Below, in pieces: positions 25,752 to 37,527 of a DNA stretch of 64,000 bases (position 1 is its first letter; each line of letters starts with the position of its first letter). The notes below the pieces were generated by a model. The model ran no database searches and was not told the DNA's origin. It was given only the letters and a program-made list of their open reading frames with translations. The translations under genes were made by a program, and so were the position numbers. Source of the stretch: Moniliella sp. 'wahieum' (Eukaryota); the NCBI GenBank assembly GCA_003971905.1, contig RSEE01000025.1, positions 434,001-498,000 of the forward strand. The letters are read 5' to 3'.

Positions 25752-26941
25752 TGCAACAGATGCAGGGACGGGGGGGTCAGGAGAAAGGGCGTATGACTCG
25801 TGCGGGTAGGGTCTTTGGTGCTCAGGAGAGAGGTGGTTGTGGGAGGGGATGGGGCCCTGTTGAAAGCGTAGAAAAGGACTCTGTCGGAGGGGTAGGAAGG
25901 GAGCGCACCGGTCGGTCCGCTGGATAGGCAGTGTCTCCTTGCCCACCAATGGAGGGAGAGGCGGGGTTCCATACCGCGGTTGTTGTCGTGGGGTACTGAT
26001 GCCGGTGTGGTGGGCGCAGTGGAGGGCTGCGGGACAGAAAGAGCTGGCGCTGGACCAGGACCGCGGTTCCCCCGAGACAGGGCGGGAGCGGGCAAGGGAG
26101 GGTTGCGTGCGGTGGAGGTTGAGTACAGGGAGGAGACAGACTCGATGGATGGTCTGGGGCCGCGGATGCTGCGGTCAGACTGAATGCTGGTACTGGTGCT
26201 GGGCCGGCGGGGCGGGGGACCCTCTCGTACAGAGGGAAGGGGGGGCGGGGGGACGGTGGGGACGGGGGCGTAGTGACCGAGATCGGTGCTGGGGCGGGGG
26301 GTGGTCTAGTACAGAGGAGGAGAGGATGGGGGAGCTGTCGGGCTGGGCTGGAAGATGGGTGGGCAAAGCGTGCGTCGTCGTGGGAACGGGCGCGGGCGTG
26401 GGCGCGAGAAGGGCGGCGCGAGCGCCACTGGCACGAACGATGGCAAGGACGTCCTGGTTGGGCAGATGGGTGGTGGCCTGGGCGGTCGGGGGGGAGGGCG
26501 GAGCGAGGGGGAGGCGGGGGGGCCGGCAGAGACGCGGCGAAAGCGGGCGGCGGGGACGACGGCCATGGCAGGCAGCGGGGGCGATGGCGGGGGCGATGGC
26601 GGGATGGCGAGGGTGGTGGTGGGGCGGAGCGGAGGACGCGACCCAGAACGCAACGCAACACTGCCCTCCTCCCCGCGGTGTCCGCAGGCAGTGTGGCGCA
26701 TCCGCCGCCCGCCGCCCGCCCCACACCGCCCCCGTGCTGGGCTCGCCCCGTCACACATCGTGTTCACCGGTGGCGCAGGGGCTGTCTGGCTGCGCAGCTG
26801 CCTGCAGAACAGCACAGCAAACACAGCCCGACACTGCCCCCGCACAGCCGTTCGAGGTGCTGCCTGGTGCTGCTGCTGCCGGCCCGTCGCCTCGGGGTCC
26901 GACGGCCAGTCACGCTGTCACGTGCGGTGATACGCCGTTCG

Positions 26942-26964
26942 TGCATGATGCATGATGCATGATG
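26942..26964. repeat. Heptamer array (ATGCAT-G)x3
   Basis: tgcatgatgcatgatgcatgatg, about 60 bp upstream of the bZIP ATG. Confidence 0.9.
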
Positions 26965-27021
26965 TCCGCCTGCGGCTCCTCTTCTCCAGCCACCACCGCC
27001 CCCCCTCGTGTCTGTCCACCC

Positions 27022-28594
27022 ATGGCGCCCAGACCCAAGCAGTTGACGCCCGAGCAGCTCGAGATGCGCAGGCTGCGGCGCAAGGAGCAGAACCGCCTCG
27101 CCCAGCTCCGTCTCCGCATGCGCCGCCGTGGCCAGGACCCAAGTCTTGCTTCGGCGGCCGATGTGGCAGCCGCAGTCGCCCTGCCCGATCTGCCCGTCGC
27201 CGAGGCGCTGTCGGCTTCCGACGACTCCCCCTCAGCCCATCCCTCCGCCTTCCCCCCGTCCATCCACTCCGCCCCTCCTCCGCTCCCGCTGCGGTCGACC
27301 GCGCCCCCACTGACATCCTCGGCGCCCTCTCCTCCCTCTCTGCCTCCGGCTCTGGCCTCGGCAGCACTTGGTCTCCTCGGCTTGGGCCGCTGGCCTCACT
27401 CCCTCTGACCCTCCCAGGTCCGACTCCCACCCTCCCACCCAATCTCAAGCCCAACCCACAACCCATCCCCCATCCCAGGACCTCTCCTTCCCTTCTCTCC
27501 ATCCCAATTCCAGCCCGGCTTCTCCCCCGATCACCACCCCAGTGTCTCCCCCAACGATTCTGCTCTTCTCACTGCTCCCACTTTCCCCACCGCCCCACTC
27601 TCTCTAGCCACTCTACCCTCTCCACTGCCTCTGTCAACGACCTGTTGGCTGCCATGGAACTTCCCGCGCCCGTGCCGCAACAGGCCCCGCCCCATGCTTC
27701 GGCTAACCCACCTAGCCGTCACCATTGATCCCCTTCGAGTGGCAAATTACGCCGCCCAAACAATGAGACGCCTTCCGTCCAAGCCCCCCCTAACCAACTC
27801 GTGCTCGGTACCGGTGCTGCATCTCCTCGAACCTGGGACTTGTCCCGTCTCTTTGGCAACGTATGGGCCGACCAGCTCCTCATGCCCTCCTTCGACGTTA
27901 CCTTGGTCTTCGACACTTTTGGTCTCCGCATTGGTGTCGACAAAGCTCTCTGGGACGACGACCTCGCCTCTCTCATCTGCCGACGACTATTCCCCAGCGC
28001 CAACTGTGGGACCGGTTGCCGGAGGAGTACGCACCTCCAAACTAGCCGCCGTGGTCCCTCACCACTTCTTATCGACGCCTCGTTTCCCTGGCCAGTGGTG
28101 CGCGAACGCATCCTGCTCGGTATTCAGCGCGGATACTTTTCCGAGCTGGATCTCTGCACTGAGCTCTGGGGGAGGGGAGTCGTCCAACCCATGGGACACG
28201 GCCTATGTCGTTCATGGTGACGACCCCTTTGATCCCGAAGCGTACGAACTCAGCGAAGGATTTGTACCGCTGGGATTTGTTGACAGGTGCGCCCCCCCTC
28301 CTCACCCTTTTTTTTCCTACGTTGACGCTGACCTCGACTGACCCCGTCTGCAGCTCCAATTCTCCGCGCACCAACTGGTGGCGTCGCCAACGCGGGCTTG
28401 CCAACCTGGTTCTACCGAAGAACAGTCTTGGCCTTGCCTCAGTGGGTCCCAAGGCCGCATTACCGAGTTGTCTGTGGAATCCGAGTCGGACCGACCGGTC
28501 AAACGAGCTCGGGAAACGTCACCGCAACTCTTACCAACACCAGTGTAGCTCTTCGTTCTTGTCCTCTCCCCTTCTAGTCACTGCTTACATATAG
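27022..28594 (+). CDS. bZIP-basic-region plus DUF3425 fungal transcription factor
   Basis: N-terminal RRLRRKEQNRLAQLRLR; C-terminal LIDASFPWPVVRERIL, ELDLCTEL, VHGDDPFDPEAYELSEGF and RTNWWRRQRG match the DUF3425 pattern; intron 28287-28353; frameshifts. Confidence 0.85.
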
Positions 28595-30356
28595 CCCCGG
28601 CGGCCAAGACTCTGACTCGTTTTTTTCCCGCCTTTTGCCTGTGTTTGCCCCTCCCCATTGATCACTGTAATGCCACTTTTTGGGTGGGCGCCTCGACATC
28701 ACAGCTGGGTGGTTGTATCATGGATTCTATCACGCTCTGCAGTGACTATAGCGCAACCAGTGTGGCTAGGTCCCCCCCCCCATCTTAGTCGCAGCATCCT
28801 CCGTATGTGAGGCACCGACTCGCCCCGGAAATTGGTCCTGAGTGACCGTAACTAGTAACGCGTAAACTGTGCATCACCGTATATAGTACTCTTGCCCAAA
28901 CGCGCTCCCCACGGCTTACACATGTCCCACCTCTTCTTTCTGTTTGGCCCCGTGGGTCTCTGGTACCCCTACCCAGCTTTTCACTTGACGTCGGTGCACC
29001 AAGCTCGCCAAGGATACTACGGCGAGAGCAAGGTGTTTTGGGCGTGTGATGGAATGAATTAACTGCGATGAGTCTCTCTTTGGAGATGGTTCACCGCCCA
29101 CCTATTATCGACCACGTTCATCCGTATCCACGCACGCTACATCCGGCTTGGGCGCGAATTGCGGACGCAAGTAGATTCTTGAGCTGCTGGCGAATCCTCC
29201 GGTTTCCTAATCGGGTCGGCACCAACAAAAGCTGCACACGCCGGATGAGCGAGAGCCAGTTAGGCGCCGTATTTCTTTGTCCTGACTTCAAACCTGTAGA
29301 TGTGATGTGAATGCAACTGTTGCAGTAGGATATATCTATCCCAAATCATCTCAAGGAGGAAATGATCCAGAATCATGATTCTCCAAAAGGCCACACCGCA
29401 TCACACCAGAGAACACATAAAAGTGGCACTGGCTTCGGGTTACACTCCACGCCCTAACCCCCAGAGCAGGCCATTTTTGGCCCACATCGACTCGGTGCAC
29501 CAACTCTACGCTCGGTACCGCACAGCTTGCAGCTGTCCGTACTAGTTGCGTTCAGGTCCAAGTGCCTGAGTTCCAGACCCCCTGGCGGTTGGATGAGATG
29601 TTGAAGCTTTTTGCGTGAACATAATAACCAGATTTTTCGTCGGCAATGCAGCTGCAGCACTCCAGCGCCGCACCAGGCCGCACCCAAGTTTAAGTGGAGA
29701 AGTTGAGTGGTTGGAGATCCCATGGACAGCTCGATGAGATCGATGACCTTGGAGGCACATCCAGTACTGAGCTCACGCGCCATGAATCATTCATGCTCGC
29801 CTGAGGCCTGATGAAGGAACAAGCAGCTCAGGCTCTACGCGGCGCTTCGCCGTCCCTCGGCACCAGGGGGATGGACGTCTGAAAGAGTACTGTCCCCAGT
29901 GTGTCCACGGAGGGACACTGCAGAGGCTAGTTACTGAGTTCAGTACGTATTAACCCAACGCCAGCGCCCAGGGTCACCGGTGAGTTCTTAGCGCTGGGGG
30001 CTGGGGGACTGAGGCTCAGCGGCTCAATAAGTTGAGTAAGCTCAGCGGCTCCCGAGTACTGAGTCGTCGATGAGCCCACCTCATCCATCTCTCTCGCAAC
30101 GCTCCTCGGGCCCAGGCCTCAGGCTCTCAAGCTCTCAAGTCTCTTGAGACCCTCAGCCACTCAGTACTACACTAGGTACTCAGTCTGAGAGTGAGTACTC
30201 AGTACCTGTCACAGTGACGCCACCACACTAGTCCGCACCGTCATCGATCATTACGCGTTACCTTGTCGCCAGGCCATCCACCCATGTCCCGCCAAAGCGG
30301 GCAAAAGCCGACCACACTGTCGAAATGCATCCTGGCGCATCGCGGGGTGGGCGCAC

Positions 30357-30596
30357 TGTTGGCCTAGGGAGCCGGACGGGCAGAAGGATGAGGAGAAGGT
30401 GATGGATTGGAGCCAGAGTTGGGTCTGGGTACAGAGGCATCTATATAGGAGGCTGGACTAGGCACAGGGACAGTGAGTCACACAGGAGAGAGTGCAGGGC
30501 ACAGGGACAGTGACACGCAGGGACGTCAGCGTGGAAGCCGATGGAACCGAGGCGAACCTGGTCTACCGACTGGGAGCCAGAGGATCACAGTCAACA
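30357..30596. repeat. LTR copy 1 (240 bp)
   Basis: Direct repeat of 31510-31746. Confidence 0.95.
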
Positions 30597-31315
30597 CCCC
30601 GCTGGCCAGGGAACCCGGAGACATCGGTTGTGGGATGAGCTCCTGCCAGTGGATGTAGAGAGGGGAGGACTTGAGTGGCAACCGGGACGAATGGCCTGGA
30701 GTTGTGCATGGCCACACACTGGCCTACACCCCCGCTGTCCAGGATGACACCTGAACGAGCCGAGCGCTTGTGGTTGTGTATTGTGCGACCGCCAGATGCT
30801 TGTAGAAGTCTTAGAAGTAAAAGTAGTAGGGGTTGCGCCCCGAAGCGATTTGGTGGGCAAAAGTAAAAAGCACCAGTTATAGGTGGTGAAAGAAAATTGG
30901 AAACTTGGAGTAAATGCGGTCCAAGGTCGTTTGGCATCAAAATTGGATGCGTTTGGTAGTTGTTTGGTTCCGCATGCCTGGTGCCAGTGGGGTCCATTGG
31001 GCATGGGAAATGAACGGGCGCTATGCGTCAACCGTCTTGATCTGTTTGGGTTCTCTTTGTTGTTGAAAAAGAGGAGTGGAAGAAGTTGGGTGACCACCCC
31101 CCCCCATCCTTTCCCCAGGTGCCCCGGATGAATTGGCAATCCGGGGCGTGTAGCCGTGGGTGGGGCACTTGATGAGCAGCCACCCCCGCTTTCTGCGATT
31201 CGCCTGCGCCGTTTTGTCGTTGGAGGAATTTCGTCTCGTTGACGATACCCGACACGTTTTGTTCCGTCGTGTGTTGTCCCTAAAAATCATTGCCCCATCT
31301 GTGGGGGACGAGTGT

Positions 31316-31390
31316 GCCGATTGTGGCGGTAGTATGCCGATTGTGGCGGTAGTATGCCGATTGTGGCGGTAAGGCGCCGATTGTGGCGGT
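31316..31390. repeat. About 20-bp minisatellite (GCCGATTGTGGCGGTAGTAT) x about 4 inside the LTR element
   Basis: Read directly; the later copies are degenerate. Confidence 0.9.
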
Positions 31391-31509
31391 GGTGTTGTTG
31401 GGCGGGACGGGTGTGTCTTGTGGGCTTGGCGGCTTAGCTTGGGCTTGTAGGCTTGGGGGTGGGCTTGCTTGAAGAGCGCTCCCCTTCCGGGGGGATCAGA
31501 TTGTAGCTC

Positions 31510-31746
31510 TGTTGGCCTAGGGAGCCGGACGGGCAGAAGGATGAGGAGAAGGTATGGATTGGAGCCAGAGTTGGGTCTGGGTACAGAGGCATCTTATAGA
31601 GGCTGGACTAGGCACAGGGACAGTGAGTCACACAGGAGAGAGTGCAGGGCACAGGGACAGTGACACGCAGGGACGTCAGCGTGGAAGCCGATGGAACCGA
31701 GGCGAACCTGGTCTACCGACTGGGAGCCAGAGGATCACAGTCAACA
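31510..31746. repeat. LTR copy 2 (237 bp)
   Basis: By eye, differs from copy 1 only by three single-base deletions. Confidence 0.95.
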
Positions 31747-32095
31747 CGCACGGACCTCCCTGTGCCTACTACAGCCTTAACGTTTAACACGTTTAACTCG
31801 CTCCAAAGGTCCAAGGCCTCTCCCCCAACCGCTAGCACAGGGGGAACGAACTGATTGATTGTTATGCAGCTCATATGCACATGACCGCCCAGACCCTCCG
31901 CCGATTTCACCGTGGAGCAACGGTAACACGTACCGTACCACTTCAGTCCCTGCACGCATCAGATTCATCAGATGATATAACGAGCAAATAAAAGCCCCAC
32001 TTGTGACCTCAGCCATCTGCCGCGCAACCCTCCAACCACCTTGTTCCTCGCATCTCCGACCATCGGCTTTGGCTTTCCAATCATCTCCAACCAGA

Positions 32096-33051
32096 ATGTG
32101 TCAACGGCAGACTTCACTTCGAGCCCCCTGCCTCCAGAGGGAGTGGTGCGCCGTACCGCGCTGGTAACCGGGTCGAGCAGCGGGATCGGTGTGGCGATTG
32201 CGCGTCAGCTGGGTGCGCAGGGGTTCGATGTGGGCTTAACGGTACGGCCAGGGGAAGCGCGAACGACGGTGGAAGAGCTCAAGGAGCAGCTAGAAACAGT
32301 GTATGGTGTGCAAGCCGAAATCTTTGTTACCGAGTTTGCCGTCCCGGCTGTGGCAGCGCCCCGGCTGTTGAATGCACACGTTGCGCGGTTTGGTCGGCTG
32401 GACGTGTTGTGCAACAATGCCGGCTGGGGCGCGTTTGCGCCAACGCCGTTTATGCGGTTGGGCGAGACGGATGCTAAGGGCAGCCAGACGGAAGGGGAGC
32501 AAGAAGAGGTGGATGCGCTGCTGGACAAGTTCCACAAGGGCATGGCAGTCAACTTGATGCCCCCGTGTTGCTTTCGTTTTGGCAGCCAAGCAATTTGAAA
32601 AACAGGCCCCGCCGCAACCTTGGACGCAGGATATGGAGGGCTCCCCAGACCTCGAGGCCAACTTTTACACGTCCCAATGGGGCAAGGGTCGGATCATTAT
32701 GACCAACTCGGTGCATGGGCTGACACCGCTGCCCAACAGCTCAATCTACACGTGCGCCAAGCACGCGTTGCGCGGCTTAACAGTTTACTTGGCTGGGGAG
32801 CTGGGGCCCCGTGGGGTGACGGTCAATGGCGTGGCACCTGGCTTGATTGCTACACCGCAGACAGAGATTGATCCCAAGGAGGTGGAGCGATTGCCCAAGA
32901 AAGGTCTGTTTGTGCCTCGGCCCGGCCGGCCATCGGAAGTAGCGGCGACGGTGGGCTTCTTGACATCGCTGGGAGCACGATACACAACGGCTCAGACGAT
33001 CATTACGGATGGGGGTTCACCACGGCCAACCCACAATTTTTCGGCCTGTAG
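32096..33051 (+). CDS. Short-chain dehydrogenase/reductase, bacterial YohF-like
   Basis: TGSSSGIG, CNNAG, SVHGLTPLP, YTCAK, VNGVAPG and DGG(F)TTANPQF; no intron seen; frameshifts near 32098, 32570 and 33012. Confidence 0.9.
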
Positions 33052-33991
33052 CATGAAAGCTGTACTCCGTCCTCTTGGCAAAACGAACAACAAAGGAAAG
33101 TTGGTGGCTTGGTTGTGGACGGCCTGCCATGTACATACGGACGATTCCTTTGACCATTGAAGTGTTTAGTTGCTACTGGCGATGAATATGATCTAGATTC
33201 AATGATCCCGAAGGTGGTGGCGTAGGCGAGCACCGCTGCTATAGAGAAGAGTCTTTGGTCCGATGGGTCAGAGGGTCATATTCTGATGGTCGCAGTTACC
33301 CATTTTGCCATCAACGTTGCTCGCCGGTACGGGTCGCCAGTACGATTCGTCCGCTTTGCCCAGGCACTGGCTGCGTGCCTTGGTGCATTCTTGCGCTCCC
33401 TCCCCCTTCCCGCTTCAATGGTCCAGCAGCAGTGCGTTGTGCTCCATCCGACTCGTGGCCGCACTTGTCCGTGCACAAGAATTGTCGCTGCTGTACCAGA
33501 TCATGGGATCCGCCACCTCATCGCCATGCACAGCAATGCCATCGTCCTCTTTCTGCTGTTGTTGCCACACGCACGGGGCTTGGGATGTGAGAAAAGCTGC
33601 AGCCAAAACAGGTCACCGGCCCGACACGCTGTGCAACAGGCCAAAGTGCATGTCGCTGCGCTTCTTCTCCCGGTCAGTTTTCTCATGGTGCCCTGGATCC
33701 ATTTTGCCGCCGGTGGGGGGCATGCTGGCGTTCAGCCGGGTAGCGTATCCATCGGCGCCGGCATCATCGTCACCATCCACACCCCCTTGGGTGCCGGAAT
33801 GGACACGCGGCTCACGCCCGCACACAAAGGCCTGGCTCCTGGCTGCGCAAGCCGCGAGGCAGGCGCGGAATTAGGGCGGATCTTCGCAGGCGGCAACACT
33901 GCCGCTCTGCCTCGGCCTCCTTTTCCGAGTTTTTTCGTCCGCTGGCCAACGCCGCCCCACTGCTGCCCGCCTTCTCCCACCACACATCGCC

Positions 33992-35093
33992 ATGGTACGT
34001 TCCCCATCCTGCCTCGTTGCTCCTGCCGCGCCTCCTGCTGACCCGTCCCAAGCGCCCCATTCTCTTCCACGGACACGAGCGGCCGCTGAACCATATTCAG
34101 TTCAACAAGGAGGGCGACATCTTCTTCACCTCCTCGCGTGACAAGGTCGTCAACTGTGTCTTTAGCCACAACGGCGAGCGCATCGGCACCTACGATGGCC
34201 ACAACGGTGCGGTGTGGCGGGTGGACGTCGATTCGGAGACCAAGTTCCTTGTGACCGGATCCGCCGACAACACCATGCGTCTGTGGGAGGTGCAGACGGG
34301 CAAGGAGCTGTTCCAATGGACGTTCCAGACCGCGTGCGCTCGGTGGCGTGGAGCTCGGACAACTCGCAAATCCTCATGTTTACCGATGCGCGTGTCTCGA
34401 TCCCTGCGGTGATCCGGGTATTCGACATCAACCGAACGCTGAACCCACTAAGCAGTCCACCGAGCCCGTGCGTTCCATTGAGCTCCGCGGCCTCGAAGTC
34501 AAGCCCACCCAGGCTGTCTGGGCGGCCCTGGACGAGGCCATCATCACAGCCCATGCGGATGGCACAGTGGCGCGTATCCCGCACGACCGCCAAGCCCCCG
34601 AATCGGGCATGTTGACGATTTGGTAGAGAAGACAGTGTCTCCGCACCCTGGCTCGACCATCACGGATGTGCAGCTGAGCGCGGACCAGACGTACATTGTT
34701 ACTTCGGCTCGTGACAAGGTGGCGAAGCTGGATGCGCGGACGCTGGACACGATCAAAACCTATTCCACCGAGACCCCGTTGAACTCGGCTGCGGTGCACC
34801 CCACCCGGCCGTACATCATCCTCGGTGGTGGTCAGGACGCGATGGACGTGACGACAACAGGGGCGAGCCAGGGCCACTTTGAGACGCGCTTCTGGCACAA
34901 GGTCTTTGAGGAGGAGTGTGGCCGCTTTGCTGGGCACTTTGGTCCGGTAAACACGATTGCCATTCATCCGTTTGGCAAGTGCTTCGCTACGGGGGGTGAG
35001 GATGGCTATGTACGGATCAACTGGTTCGACCCTTCCTTCTTTACTCAGAAGCTGTACGGCAACGAGTTTGAGTTGGGGCCAGAGGACCAGTAA
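33992..35093 (+). CDS. TIF34: Translation initiation factor eIF3 subunit i (WD40)
   Basis: ATG, intron 33995-34052, then RPILFHGHERPL; GGGQDAMDVTTT, GHFGPVNT and GGEDGYVR; frameshifts. Confidence 0.96.
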
Positions 35094-35255
35094 TTCACCC
35101 CTCATGTACCCTATCTCGTGTTGAGGCTTTGCTCAGGTCCTTGCGGCCTGTCCCTCATTACTATGGAGCCCGCGCGTGAAAACGATTGCGAATGCAATAC
35201 CTGTAGCCTCAATTTTGTGTATGTGTGTGTGGGGTGGGTGTTAGCTAGTTTGAGC

Positions 35256-36316
35256 TTAGAATCGGCCGGTCCAGCTAGTCCACAGCACGCGCAGAGGTAG
35301 CCCCACGTTGCCCGCTTCCCGTGACGGGTGGTGAAAAGGGTGGCGCACGTCGAACTGGGCGCGCTGTAACCGGGCCAGGAAGGAAGTAACCCCAGCCGTT
35401 TCGGCCAACACTGGGCGCAACTGTTTCCATCCCTGTGCGTCCAGAAGCGAGGCTGGATCCGGATCGGGTTTCCCGTTTTGGTAGGCCATCCGAGCCGAGA
35501 GGAGGTAATCATTAGCGCGTACCGCCATGTCATACACCACCTCTTGCACCTTAGCTGACCGCTCGGGGGGCAGCGCCGCCTGCTCCTTTCCGCGCGGGGT
35601 GAAATAGCGCAAAATATCGTTCTCAGTCACACCATGTTGAGCGAGCAGGTCGAGGGGAAGAAGAACACGGGCCGGAAGCCCGCCGCCAGAAAGGGTAGCG
35701 CCAGGAAGAGGCCCAAGCTGGCTGCGCGTGCGGTGCCGAGTGCTGCTCCGGGGGCCTCAGCCAGCACACGTGCTATCCCCATCGCTTTGCCAAGATGGGA
35801 GAGGACAACCTCGGCCGGGCCAACATCTTGGCGCGGAAGTGGGTAGGAAGGTACGCCAACCAGGCTCTGGGCAAGATACAGCATTCGGCTTTCGGCCTTC
35901 TCCCCGCCATCTCGATCTCCTCTAGAGTGGCGGGGGTCTGGGAAGCCAGGTCGGCTTCGCGGGCATCAATGAGGGATTGAAAATGGCCTTCGCGCAGCCC
36001 GCCCGCAGGGTTGGCGCGGACAGTCGGGTCATGCACGGCAGCATGGAGCGCCATCAGGATGGGATGGGCGGGCGGACGAGCACCTTGGGCGTAAAGGGTG
36101 CGGATTGCGTCCCGCCACCAGGCCAATTTGATGCGCCCAAGCAACTCGTTGGATACGCTGCTGCGTACCGATTTGAGTTCGGCATCGAATGCGCGCAGGC
36201 TCAGGTAGTGCCCGCGTACCCGCGGGGTAGAGACGCGCACATAACTGGGCCACAGCATCGTTCTTGATGGCACCGAGAACGGCCGCACGGGCACTCGCTG
36301 GGGAAACAGCGGACAT
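35256..36316 (-). CDS. NDUFAF6: Complex I assembly factor 6 (phytoene/squalene synthase-like)
   Basis: YLSLRAFDAEL, GRIKLAWWRDAI, PAHPIL, LIDAREADL, HLGKAMGI and VVYDMAVRANDYL; frameshifts. Confidence 0.85.
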
Positions 36317-36958
36317 GAGGTGGGGGGATGGAGAGGAGCAGAAAGATGGAGGGGGGTGCAGAGGGACTGCAGTGCTTGTTCGTTCCTGTTGCGGTCTGAA
36401 TGGTTGAGGAGGACGCCAGGGAAAGGGATGGCTGAGCTCAAGTTGGGCTGAACCCGACGTTTCTGCCAGTACAAGGGAACGACTACTGTAGCTTCTCGAC
36501 CGATGATGCCGATGATGCAAGCTGTGGGTGGAGAAGGGATTGGCCGCGAAGTAAAAGAAATACTGAAAGTAGTATGCCTCTTGGCCAACGGTTCATTTTG
36601 TCCCCCCGTGCGTCTGTCCCCATTTCTGGGCGATTGCTAACACACTAGCCTCCCGCGTAGGACAATCCGGTCAGCCACGCCTCCCCTTTGGTCATCTTCA
36701 CGAATGGGACTAATCCCAGCCACTGTTCCCGCATTCATGGTTCACAGCACACGAGGTCCAACCGGGGTGATCCAAAGAAGCACTCAGCTATAACAGGCAG
36801 ACAAAAGAAAAAAGCATAGTGCCATGGTGCACGGTTTTAGGTTGCAGATGCCAAAGCCATCCACAGGCATAGAGGTCCAAGTACAGGGATCATCCCAGTT
36901 CAAGGAACGTGTAGAGGAGATCCTCCAATTCAGCCAAAGAGAACTGAGCAAAGAGGAT

Positions 36959-37527
36959 TTACACGCTCTTGAAGTTCTTGCCAACGCCACCGGCGGCACC
37001 CTTCATCTGCTGCTTCGAGATCTTGGGGGCAGCGGCGTTGCCAGCCTTCTTGGCTTCCTTACGAGCCTCAGCGCGAGCCTTCTTCTCCTCCTTCGACTTA
37101 GACTTGGCCGCGTCCCGAGCCGCCGAGCGCACCTCGGGCTTTTGGTTGCGCTTGGCCTGAATGTCAGCCAGCGAGAGACCAACCACGCCGCGCTGGTTGA
37201 CCGTCTTGCGCGAGCGCTTCTTGGCCACCTCCTCCGAAATGCCCTTCTTGTGCATCCGGCGGAAGTACACAGTCCAGGCGATCTTACGCGGGTTCTTGCG
37301 CTGCAGGAACAGCTGCTCGGTCTTGTGCGAGTTGAACCGGTACACCTTGCCATCGCCCGAGCGGACAAAGAGGCGGCCCCGGCTAGGGTAGACCTTGCGC
37401 AGCGAGAACGAGTCCGTCTCAACCTGGATCGACGGTTAGCCTGTTGCCTTACGTCCTGCCTCTCCCCGCGCGGGGGGGGAGGAGAGGCAGAGCAGTTGCA
37501 CCATAGCTCCTGCATACGCACCTTCTT
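36959..37527 (-). CDS. RPL24: 60S ribosomal protein L24 (eL24)
   Basis: (M)K|VETDSFS..KVYPSRG, FLQRKNPRKIAWTVYFRRMHKKG; intron 37521-37424 (GTGCGT..GCTAAC..CAG); the expected ATG reads AAG. Confidence 0.96.

Larger units (their letters stand above)
30357..31746 (-). mobile_element. Non-autonomous, internally deleted LTR retrotransposon (Gypsy-like/TRIM-like), 1390 bp
   Basis: Two near-identical LTRs with TGTTG..CAACA termini; 5-bp TSD CGCAC at 30352-30356 and 31747-31751; minus-strand remnants of a Zn-knuckle (IKCPTHG..DC) and a protease motif (VILDSGG). Confidence 0.93.
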
